A stretch of 12,463 nt of DNA from an archaeon (GTDB taxonomy: Archaea; Iainarchaeota; Iainarchaeia; Iainarchaeales; CSSED10-239). The translations under genes were made by a program, and so were the position numbers. Each line of letters begins with the position of its first letter. The first letter of the stretch is position 1. The notes beneath the pieces are model-generated. The model had not been told where the DNA came from. It was given only the letters and a program-made list of their open reading frames with translations, and did no database searches. Below are positions 1 through 6,378 of this stretch, piece after piece. The stretch covers positions 1-12,463 of the forward strand of contig DAOOON010000018.1 of the NCBI GenBank assembly GCA_035387745.1, written 5' to 3'.

Positions 1-62
1 CATTTTCTATCATTTGCAAATTTCATTGCAGAATTTTCTAAATCTTTTATTGTTTTTGACAT
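1..62 (-). CDS. Partial CDS, first 20 codons only (gene runs off the left edge); possibly a MazG-type NTP pyrophosphohydrolase
   Basis: Minus-strand ATG at 62..60 is preceded by GGTGA (71..67) with a 4-nt spacer. It translates to MSKTIKDLENSAMKFANDRK followed by TG-. This fits the I-x-[DE]-L-x5-F-x3-R-x-W N-terminal pattern I recall for MazG-like enzymes. Only 20 residues are visible, so the family call is weak. Confidence 0.35.
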   Translation of the reverse strand, partial: MSKTIKDLENSAMKFANDRK

Positions 63-156
63 AATTTCACCAATTACTATACAAAGATTAATTATAGTTT
101 AAAACTCTTTTTATATCTTCCTTTTACTACAGAAGAATTACTACTGACTTCTACGA

Positions 157-546
157 CTACTTACTTGGTTGCTTTCTGTAGTTTGCTTTGTCTGGAATAA
201 CCCACCTGATTCCTCCAAGGGGATCAGAAACATCTCCAAAGTATCTTGGAATTACATGTATGTGAAGATGGTCTACTGTTCTTCCTGCAGCTCTACCTTC
301 ATTTACGCCTATATTAAATCCGTCTGGCTTGTGCTTTTCTTCTAATAATTCCTTTGTCTTAAGTATAAGAGAATATAAATCATCCACCTCTTCTTTACTT
401 AAATCAAAAAAAGACGCTTTATGCTCATTAGAAACAACAGTACAATGCCCTTTAGTAACTGGAAAACCATCATACACTACAAAGAAATACTTACCTTTAA
501 ACAACACCATTTCTTTCTTTTCCTTAATATCGCAAAAATAACACAT
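157..546 (-). CDS. HIT (histidine triad) family nucleotide hydrolase/transferase
   Basis: 129-aa ORF with ATG start. It has an N-terminal CYFC motif, the histidine-triad motif HLHIHVIPR, and a C-terminal GGIRWVIPDKANY tail typical of one HIT subfamily. Confidence 0.9.
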   Translation of the reverse strand: MCYFCDIKEKKEMVLFKGKYFFVVYDGFPVTKGHCTVVSNEHKASFFDLSKEEVDDLYSLILKTKELLEEKHKPDGFNIGVNEGRAAGRTVDHLHIHVIPRYFGDVSDPLGGIRWVIPDKANYRKQPSK

Positions 547-593
547 AATTATCTCACAATAGAACTTTAGTTTAAACTCTTTAAATATATTTG

Positions 594-1520
594 TTATTTC
601 TTTAATATGGCAATCTTGTCTCTTACGTTCTTTACTTTTATGTTGGAAACGTATTTGCCGTTTCCATTAAAACTAATAAAGCTATAGGATAACCCAAATT
701 GCTTACAAAATTTAATAAGATTTTTATTTATTGCAAAGGGTGGAGTTTTTTTAGCAATTTCGTTAGGATAAGTGGATAGGGAAAAAACATAGAAGAATAA
801 TATCCCATTCTTCTTCACCAACTTTAAAAGATTATCAAAAACTTTCTTGTATTCTTTAGAATCATATTCAAACCTGGAACAGAAGTAATTAGGTATATTT
901 GATAGGTTTAATATATCAAATCTAGACTTTAACCTCTTATCCAAACAAAAAATATCCTCACAAACAAATGTTATCTTCTTGTGCTTTAATATTTCTTTAC
1001 AATGATTATAATTTGCTTCAGTTTTAAGATAAACATTCATTTCAAACAAAGTTCCAAGAAGCATTGATCTTTCATTAAATAAACTTGAACGAATTATCTT
1101 ATTTCCATCCTTTTTAAAATAAACATAAACATCATTAAAAAACTTAAATGCATCCTTATTTAGATACTTAGAAAACTTAGTAAATAATTTATAATTCAGA
1201 TTACCAACCTTACTTGGACTTCCAAAAAACTCAAGAAACTCCTTATAGTTTAGATACTTTATTGCATTTATTTTCAAATCAATAAAATAACCAGTAAGTT
1301 GGTTAATATCAAAGCAAGTAACTTCTTTTGCCCCATAATAAATAGCATTAACTGCTTGATCTCCAGAACCAGCAATAGTTAAAACAGTTTTATCTTTTAA
1401 ATCAAGTTTACTATAATATCCAGAAATATTCTCTGTTCCATAAACATACATAGGAGTAATCTTACCTTTACCTACTCCTTTTATTTCAGAAATTAATTTT
1501 TTAATATCCATTTTAATCAT
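594..1520 (-). CDS. DUF3419/BtaA-like SAM-binding (Rossmann-fold) protein
   Basis: 308-aa ORF. The block VLTIAGSGDQAVNAIYYGAKEVTCFDINQLTGYFIDLKINAIKYLNYKEFLEFFG matches the N-terminal signature I recall for the DUF3419 / S-adenosylmethionine:diacylglycerol 3-amino-3-carboxypropyl transferase (BtaA)-like family. This is from memory, not a search. An alternative start exists at M4 (1511). A TATATAAAT box lies about 25 nt upstream on the coding strand. Confidence 0.7.
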   Translation of the reverse strand: MIKMDIKKLISEIKGVGKGKITPMYVYGTENISGYYSKLDLKDKTVLTIAGSGDQAVNAIYYGAKEVTCFDINQLTGYFIDLKINAIKYLNYKEFLEFFGSPSKVGNLNYKLFTKFSKYLNKDAFKFFNDVYVYFKKDGNKIIRSSLFNERSMLLGTLFEMNVYLKTEANYNHCKEILKHKKITFVCEDIFCLDKRLKSRFDILNLSNIPNYFCSRFEYDSKEYKKVFDNLLKLVKKNGILFFYVFSLSTYPNEIAKKTPPFAINKNLIKFCKQFGLSYSFISFNGNGKYVSNIKVKNVRDKIAILKK

Positions 1521-1616
1521 AATATTTATTATTCAATAACTATATAAATAATTAGTTGAGTGTTATTGTTCTATAATAATCAGAAAAAGGAAAAGGAACT
1601 ACTACTATCTGCCCTT

Positions 1617-1757
1617 TTACAAATTCTTCCATGCTTTATCTTCTTCTTTGGTTAGCCAAGACTTTGCTAGTTCTGTTTCTAATATTGTTAGTCTTGGTTT
1701 TGCCTGCTTTGAGCAAAGATATTTTATCTTTGAACCAGATTTTAGTTTTGATTTCAT
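1617..1757 (-). CDS. Candidate small ORF (46 aa, basic/hydrophilic), function unknown
   Basis: It is below the ORF-track length cutoff, so I translated it by hand: MKSKLKSGSKIKYLCSKQAKPRLTILETELAKSWLTKEEDKAWKNL. On the coding strand a TTTATATA box lies about 22 nt upstream of the ATG. A fully overlapping antisense ORF also exists (see findings), so the coding status is uncertain. Confidence 0.25.
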   Translation of the reverse strand: MKSKLKSGSKIKYLCSKQAKPRLTILETELAKSWLTKEEDKAWKNL

Positions 1758-1821
1758 AAATATCTATTACCTTAAGATGTATATAAAGCTATTCTTTGAT
1801 TTTTTTGTAAATTTGAAGTAA

Positions 1822-1844
1822 GGGGGTCGGACAGCTACCCCCCC
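1822..1844. repeat. GC-rich hairpin element (GGGGGT-CGGACAGCT-ACCCCC, followed by extra Cs) upstream of the Bro-N gene
   Basis: A 6-bp G/C stem (1822-1827 pairs with 1837-1842) sits in otherwise very AT-rich spacer. Its layout is a G-run, TCG.A core, C-run, A-rich spacer and a second C-run (1853-1856). This parallels the element at 2798-2845. Confidence 0.6.
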
Positions 1845-1892
1845 GAAAACAACCCCTGCTTCTACTACTATATATTATTGGCGATCATTAAA

Positions 1893-2762
1893 ATGGAAGA
1901 AAATAAATCAATTGCAATTTTTGAAAACAAGAAAATAAGGAGACTCTGGCATAACGAGGAATGGTACTTCTCTGTTGTTAATGTCGTTGAAGCATTAACT
2001 GATAGCGATAATCCTCGAAATTACTGGAATATGATAAAATCTAGAGAACAAGAGAATGGAGTTGAACTGTACACAAATTGTGTACAGTTGAAATTGATAG
2101 CAGAAGATGGAAAATTAAGAGAAACAGATTGTGCAAATATCGAAGGTTTGTTTAGAATAATACAATCAATTCCATCTCCTAAAGCAGAACCTTTCAAACT
2201 ATGGCTAGCAAAACTTGGCTATCAAAGAGTACAAGAAATTAAAAATCCAGAACTTATACAGAAAAGAATGGTTGAAACCTTTAAACAAAAGGGATATTCT
2301 GATCCCTGGATTGAAAAAAGAATAAGAGGTATTGCAATTAGAGATGAACTAACAAATGAATGGAGCAAAAGAGGAATAACTGAAAATAAAGAATTTTCAA
2401 TTCTTACTGCAGAAATATCAAAAGCAACCTTTGATATGACTCCTTCTGAGTATAAAGATTACAAAGGACTAAAAAATGAAAATCTAAGAGACCACATGAA
2501 CGACTTAGAACTAATATTTACAATGCTTGGAGAATCAGTAACTAAAGAACTTACAGTTAAAGAAGACCCTAAAGAATTTCCAAAAACAAAAAACATTGCT
2601 AAAAGAGGCGGCGGAGTTGCTGGAGTTGCAAGAAAAGTAACTGAGAAAGAACTTGGTAGAAAAGTATCCACAAAAGAAAATTATTTAACAATTCCTGAAA
2701 AACAGAAAAGATTAATGCTAAAATCAAAGAAAAAGAAAATAAAGTATAAAACTAAGAAATAA
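1893..2762 (+). CDS. Bro-N domain protein with DinD-like (DNA-damage-inducible protein D-like) architecture
   Basis: The ORF-track start at 1878 is TTG; the first ATG is at 1893 (MEENKSIAIFENKKIRRLWHNEEWYFSVVNVVEAL...), which fits a Bro-N/KilA-N-type N-terminus. SPKAEPFKLWLAKLGYQRVQEI, KGLKNENLRDHMNDLELIFTMLGE and GVARKVTEKELG parallel blocks of E. coli DinD as I recall that sequence. The C-terminal tail is lysine-rich. Confidence 0.8.
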   Translation: MEENKSIAIFENKKIRRLWHNEEWYFSVVNVVEALTDSDNPRNYWNMIKSREQENGVELYTNCVQLKLIAEDGKLRETDCANIEGLFRIIQSIPSPKAEPFKLWLAKLGYQRVQEIKNPELIQKRMVETFKQKGYSDPWIEKRIRGIAIRDELTNEWSKRGITENKEFSILTAEISKATFDMTPSEYKDYKGLKNENLRDHMNDLELIFTMLGESVTKELTVKEDPKEFPKTKNIAKRGGGVAGVARKVTEKELGRKVSTKENYLTIPEKQKRLMLKSKKKKIKYKTKK

Positions 2763-2767
2763 TCATC

Positions 2768-2795
2768 ATCATTTTGTTGACGCCAACAAAATGAT
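2768..2795. terminator. Perfect 12-bp stem / 4-nt loop hairpin just after the Bro-N stop codon; possible terminator
   Basis: ATCATTTTGTTG (2768-2779), loop ACGC, CAACAAAATGAT (2784-2795). It starts 6 nt after the stop codon at 2760-2762. No T-run follows directly; TTTTT occurs at 2864-2868. Confidence 0.4.
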
Positions 2796-2797
2796 AT

Positions 2798-2845
2798 AAG
2801 GGGTCGAATTCGACCCCTTCAAACCCATCGAATTCGAGGGGTTTG
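2798..2845. repeat. Two adjacent GC-rich palindromes, each built around the 10-bp core TCGAATTCGA
   Basis: AAGGGGTCGAATTCGACCCCTT (2798-2819) is a perfect 22-nt palindrome. CAAACCCATCGAATTCGAGGGGTTTG (2820-2845) is a 26-nt palindrome with one mismatch. The core centres are 24 bp apart. Confidence 0.85.
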
Positions 2846-2880
2846 AGAGAAAAAAGCATTACCTTTTTAACAGCTTTATC

Positions 2881-2897
2881 ACTTAATTATATATTGT
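2881..2897 (+). promoter_or_regulatory. 17-mer ACTTAATTATATATTGT upstream of uvrA, identical to the 17-mer abutting the uvrB start; candidate promoter/operator
   Basis: Exact match to 10144-10160. It contains a TATA / -10-like TATATT (2890-2895), with TTAACA (2867-2872) 17 nt upstream. A GGAG ribosome-binding site lies at 2928-2931, ahead of the ATG at 2943. Confidence 0.55.
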
Positions 2898-2942
2898 AGT
2901 CAAGCATTTTTAAGATTTTAAAAAAGATGGAGTAATACCCCT

Positions 2943-5780
2943 ATGCAGAAAAATATTATCATAAAAGGTGCCAGAGAGCATAACCTAAAAAACATAGACG
3001 TAGAGATACCTAGAGATAAGCTGGTAGTGATTACTGGCTTATCTGGGTCAGGAAAATCAACCCTGGCCTTTGATACCATCTATGCTGATGGCCAGAGAAG
3101 GTATGTGGAGTCTTTGTCTGCTTATGCTAGGCAGTTTTTAGGAATGATGAAGAAGCCAGACGTGGATTCTATAGAAGGGCTATCTCCAGCAATCTCAATC
3201 GAACAAAAGACAACCTCCAAAAACCCTCGTTCAACTGTAGGAACAGTAACTGAGGTTTATGACTACTTAAGATTACTTTATGCAAGAGTTGGTGTACCAT
3301 ATTGTCCTGAACATAATATCCCAATCCAACCACTTTCTGCACAAAAGATAGCAGAGAATATACTTAAAGAATATTCAGAAGAAATCTATCTTCTTTCACC
3401 AATTGTCCAGAAGAAAAAAGGAACCTATGAAAAGCTTTTCTCTGATCTTAACAAAGAAGGATTTTTAAGAGTAAGAATAAACGGAGAAATAGCAAGAACA
3501 GACGAGGAAATAAAGATTGATAGATATAGAATGCATGATATTGATATTGTTATTGATAGAATAACACCCTCTGACGACAGAACAAGACTATACCAAGACA
3601 TTGAACAAGGTTTAAGTAAATCAGACGGACTAATAAAAGTAATATCTGTAAAAGACTTTGAAAAGAACAAAGAAAAAGCAAAAGAAAAGCTTTTCTCCTC
3701 AAAGATGTCTTGCCCTGTTTGTGGTCTTTCCTTTGAAGAACTACAACCTAGAATGTTTTCCTTCAACTCTCCTTTTGGTGCTTGTGAAACTTGTTCTGGT
3801 CTAGGCTTTAAAATGGACTTTGACCCTGACTTAATTATTCCAGACAAAACAAAATCCATGGCAGACGGAGCAATAATGATATATAGAAACGCAGTGGATG
3901 GTTGGAGAGGCCAACACCTAGCAACTCTTGCCAAACACTATGGCTTTTCAGCAATGACACCAATCAAAGACTTAACAAAAGAACAACTTAAGATTTTAAT
4001 GTATGGTTCAGAAGACAACATTCAGTTTAACCTTGAAGGAAGAAACGGAACTTCAAGTTTTAACTATACAGGAACTTGGGAAGGACTTATTCCTCAGTCC
4101 CAAAGACTTTACAAGCAAACAGACTCAGACTATAGAAGAACAGAAATGGAAAAATTCATGAGAACCTCTCCTTGCCCTGATTGCCAAGGTAAGAGGTTGA
4201 AGAGAAAAATCTTAGCAGTCAAGATTGCAGACAAATCAATTATTGATATCACTAACTTTTCAATTGACTTTGCAATTAAGTTCTTTAAAACAATTAAGCT
4301 TGACAACAAACAAAAAGAAATATCTAATCACATACTAAAAGAAATCAACTCTCGTTTGGAGTTCTTAGAAAAAGTTGGTCTTGGTTACCTAACTCTTTCA
4401 AGATCTGCAGGAACTCTTTCAGGAGGAGAAGCACAAAGAATTCGTTTGGCAACAAATCTTGGAACTAACCTTATGGGCGTTCTTTATGTACTTGACGAAC
4501 CATCAATTGGTCTTCACCAAAAAGACAATCAAAAACTTATTGATACTCTTTGTAAGCTTAGAGATCTTGGTAACACGGTCGTTGTTGTTGAACATGACGA
4601 AGACACTATAAGACAAGCAGACTATGTAATTGACATGGGACCAGGGGCAGGAATCTATGGCGGAGAAGTTGTGGCTTATGGTACGCCTAAAGACATAGAG
4701 AAATGTAAAAAATCATTAACTGGCCAATACCTTGCAGGAACAGAATTCATACATACTCCAAAGACAAGAAGAAAACCAAACGATTTTGTTAAAGTTATTG
4801 GAGCAAAAGAAAATAATCTTAAAAATATTAATCTTGAAATACCAACAGGAATTTTAACATGCATTACTGGAGTTTCTGGTTCTGGTAAATCGACTCTTGT
4901 CTATGAAACCATCTATCCTTTTTTGATGAACAAATTCTATGATTCAAAAATGGAAGTTGGAAAAGTCAAAGACATCATTATTCCAAAATCCATAGACAAA
5001 GTAATATCTATTGACCAATCACCAATTGGAAGAACACCAAGATCCAATCCTTCAACATACACAAAGTTGTTTGATGAGATTAGATGGGTGTTTTCTCAGT
5101 CTCCTGAAGCCAAACTTAGAGGTTATGATATTGGAAGATTTTCTTTTAATGTCAAGGGCGGAAGATGCGAGGCTTGTCAAGGAGATGGGCAGATTAAGAT
5201 TGAAATGAACTTCCTTCCAGACGTCTATGTTGACTGTGAAGAATGTAAAGGCAAGAGATATAATGCTGAGACTCTTGAGATTCTTTACAAGAAGAAAAAT
5301 ATAGCAGATGTGCTAAACATGTCAGTAGACGAAGCGTATTCTTTCTTTGAAAACATTCCTGGCATTAGAAGAAAGCTACAAACTTTAGTGGACGTTGGTC
5401 TTGGTTACATTAAGCTTGGACAAAGTTCAGTAACTCTTTCAGGAGGAGAAGCGCAGAGAATCAAGCTAACTAGAGAACTTTCAAAGAGAGACACAGGAAA
5501 CACAATTTATCTCCTTGACGAGCCAACAACTGGTCTTCATTTCCATGATGTTAAGAAGTTGATTGATGTTTTAAACAGACTTGTAGAGAAAGGAAACACA
5601 GTTGTTGTTATTGAACATAACCTTGATGTTATTAAATCTGCAGACTACATCATTGACCTTGGGCCAGACGGTGGAGAAAATGGAGGAAAGATTGTAGCAA
5701 AAGGAACTCCTGAAGAAATCACAAAAGAAAAGAAAAGCTATACTGCAGATTTTGTAAAGAAGATACTTGAGAGGAAATAA
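2943..5780 (+). CDS. uvrA: Excinuclease ABC subunit A (UvrA)
   Basis: 945 aa. Canonical N-terminus [14 protein letters not shown]. Two ABC modules: Walker [10 protein letters not shown] and GVSGSGKST, signature LSGGEAQRI twice, Walker B LYVLDEPS and IYLLDEPT. Zinc modules: CPVCG...[20 protein letters not shown]...CEECKG. Confidence 0.97.
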   Translation: MQKNIIIKGAREHNLKNIDVEIPRDKLVVITGLSGSGKSTLAFDTIYADGQRRYVESLSAYARQFLGMMKKPDVDSIEGLSPAISIEQKTTSKNPRSTVGTVTEVYDYLRLLYARVGVPYCPEHNIPIQPLSAQKIAENILKEYSEEIYLLSPIVQKKKGTYEKLFSDLNKEGFLRVRINGEIARTDEEIKIDRYRMHDIDIVIDRITPSDDRTRLYQDIEQGLSKSDGLIKVISVKDFEKNKEKAKEKLFSSKMSCPVCGLSFEELQPRMFSFNSPFGACETCSGLGFKMDFDPDLIIPDKTKSMADGAIMIYRNAVDGWRGQHLATLAKHYGFSAMTPIKDLTKEQLKILMYGSEDNIQFNLEGRNGTSSFNYTGTWEGLIPQSQRLYKQTDSDYRRTEMEKFMRTSPCPDCQGKRLKRKILAVKIADKSIIDITNFSIDFAIKFFKTIKLDNKQKEISNHILKEINSRLEFLEKVGLGYLTLSRSAGTLSGGEAQRIRLATNLGTNLMGVLYVLDEPSIGLHQKDNQKLIDTLCKLRDLGNTVVVVEHDEDTIRQADYVIDMGPGAGIYGGEVVAYGTPKDIEKCKKSLTGQYLAGTEFIHTPKTRRKPNDFVKVIGAKENNLKNINLEIPTGILTCITGVSGSGKSTLVYETIYPFLMNKFYDSKMEVGKVKDIIIPKSIDKVISIDQSPIGRTPRSNPSTYTKLFDEIRWVFSQSPEAKLRGYDIGRFSFNVKGGRCEACQGDGQIKIEMNFLPDVYVDCEECKGKRYNAETLEILYKKKNIADVLNMSVDEAYSFFENIPGIRRKLQTLVDVGLGYIKLGQSSVTLSGGEAQRIKLTRELSKRDTGNTIYLLDEPTTGLHFHDVKKLIDVLNRLVEKGNTVVVIEHNLDVIKSADYIIDLGPDGGENGGKIVAKGTPEEITKEKKSYTADFVKKILERK

Positions 5781-5787
5781 GCATATA

Positions 5788-5834
5788 TTAATAAATGTTA
5801 ATAACCATTAATATGTATATACAACTATTAATGG
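5788..5834 (+). promoter_or_regulatory. Candidate toxin-antitoxin promoter/operator: phased TTAATA repeats plus an inverted repeat
   Basis: TTAATA occurs at 5788, 5798 and 5808, an exact 10-nt phasing. The inverted repeat CCATTAATA (5805-5813) / TATTAATGG (5826-5834) encloses the palindrome TGTATATACA (5814-5823). GGGAGGGAG follows just before the ATG at 5845. Confidence 0.45.
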
Positions 5835-5844
5835 GAGGGAGAAA

Positions 5845-6093
5845 ATGAAAGCATTAATTGACTTGCCAGTTGAGATTAACCAAACTCTAAATATCATAAA
5901 GGCACAGCATAATCTAAAGAATAAGGCAGAAGCAATAACTCTTGTTGTTGAAAAATATTCTAAAGAAAACCTTGAACCAGAATTAAGACCTGAGTTTGTT
6001 AAAAAAATACTTGCTGGTGAAAACAAAAAGACTTACAAATTCAAAAATATGGATGAATTTGATAAAATCATTAAAAAACACGGCAAAAAATGA
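5845..6093 (+). CDS. Putative antitoxin, ribbon-helix-helix-like (resembles the archaeal DUF2683-type family)
   Basis: 82 aa with a strong Shine-Dalgarno sequence upstream. The N-terminal beta-strand/helix pattern is ALIDLPVEINQTLNIIKAQHNLKNKAEAITLVVEKY. The C-terminal part is EPELRPEFVKKI...FKNMDEFDKII. It stops 6 nt before the RelE-like ORF. The family assignment is from memory. Confidence 0.7.
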   Translation: MKALIDLPVEINQTLNIIKAQHNLKNKAEAITLVVEKYSKENLEPELRPEFVKKILAGENKKTYKFKNMDEFDKIIKKHGKK

Positions 6094-6099
6094 TAATTT

Positions 6100-6378
6100 A
6101 TGGATTACGAATTGCATGAGGAGTTTATAAAAATAACAAACAAAATATCTGCAAAAGATCCAGCACTATATACTGCAATTCGTAACAAGGTTGAAGAAAT
6201 CAAAAATTGCGAATTCTTAGATCATTACAAGAATCTCAGAGCTCCACTTCAAGAATTTAAAAGAGCACATATAACTAAGAGATTCATTTTATTATTCAAA
6301 GTAGATAAACAAAACAATAGAATTGTCTTTAGATATTTTGATCATAGAGATAAAATTTATGGAAGAACATATGATTAA
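6100..6378 (+). CDS. RelE/ParE-superfamily toxin (mRNA interferase-like)
   Basis: 92 aa. The pattern KDPALYTAIRNKVEEI...HYKNLRAPLQEFKRAHITKRFILLFKVDKQNNRIVFRYFDHRDKIY matches the typical RelE/YafQ-type layout (K-x-L-x-G...R-x-H-[IV]...F-[IV]-L-x-[FY]...I-x-[FI]...HRD-x-[IV]-Y). It is paired with the upstream small antitoxin ORF. Confidence 0.85.
   Translation: MDYELHEEFIKITNKISAKDPALYTAIRNKVEEIKNCEFLDHYKNLRAPLQEFKRAHITKRFILLFKVDKQNNRIVFRYFDHRDKIYGRTYD

Noticed and set aside
124-175. Recurring CTACTAC / TTACTAC motifs downstream of the HIT gene (124-175), also seen at 1598-1610 and 1860-1872.
   Set aside because: These are short, degenerate and low-complexity. Only about 10 nt (CTACTACTAT) are shared exactly between two of the sites. 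The weak 5-bp stem (AGAAG/CTTCT, 131-151) is not convincing as a terminator. They are likely chance or simple sequence.
579-591. A third occurrence of CTTTAAATATATT, shared with 10116-10128, in the spacer between the DUF3419-like and HIT genes.
   Set aside because: A 13-nt AT-only match containing the generic TTTAAATA box is most simply a generic TATA-like promoter element for the HIT gene on the opposite strand. It is not a further copy of the hicBA-flanking repeat.
1878-1892. The TTG start proposed by the ORF track for the Bro-N gene (MAIIK...).
   Set aside because: An in-frame ATG follows 15 nt downstream (1893), and the TATATATT box at 1869-1876 would overlap or crowd a TTG start. ATG 1893 is preferred.
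3425-3934. A 169-aa antisense ORF inside uvrA. Other antisense or alternate-frame ORFs in the track: 329-541(+), 2459-2671(-), 4676-4864(-), 5011-5208(+), 5808-6026(-), 7247-7444(-), 7270-7488(-), 7714-7905(-), 8214-8402(+), 8387-8623(+), 10322-10558(-), 11259-11558(-).
   Set aside because: All lie entirely within confidently identified genes on the other strand or frame. They have Ser/Leu/Phe/Ile-rich low-complexity translations typical of mirror ORFs of Lys/Glu-rich genes, and no recognisable motifs or ribosome-binding sites.
4374-5452. Long exact nucleotide repeats inside uvrA: AACTCTTTCAGGAGGAGAAGC (4412-4432 and 5432-5452) and GTTGGTCTTGGTTAC (4374-4388 and 5394-5408), each pair exactly 1020 nt apart.
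   Set aside because: They encode the duplicated ABC signature regions (VGLGY and LSGGEAQRI) of the two UvrA ATPase modules. Identical peptides plus strong codon bias explain them, possibly with intragenic gene conversion. They are not a mobile or regulatory repeat.
5814-5823. TGTATATACA upstream of the TA pair looks superficially like an E. coli SOS box (CTGT-N8-ACAG type).
   Set aside because: It lacks the defining CTG/CAG ends and correct spacing. No Cheo-box (GAAC-N4-GTTC) or similar element occurs upstream of uvrA, uvrB or the Bro-N gene. It is better explained as part of the TA operator or a TATA-like element.
6323-6370. The upstream extension of the uvrC ORF (MSLDILIIEIKFMEEH...), which would overlap the toxin gene by 56 nt.
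   Set aside because: Canonical UvrC N-termini start about 8-16 residues before the PG-Y motif. The extension is hydrophobic and shows no conservation I recognise. ATG 6371 (or 6359) is the more plausible start. This remains unverified.
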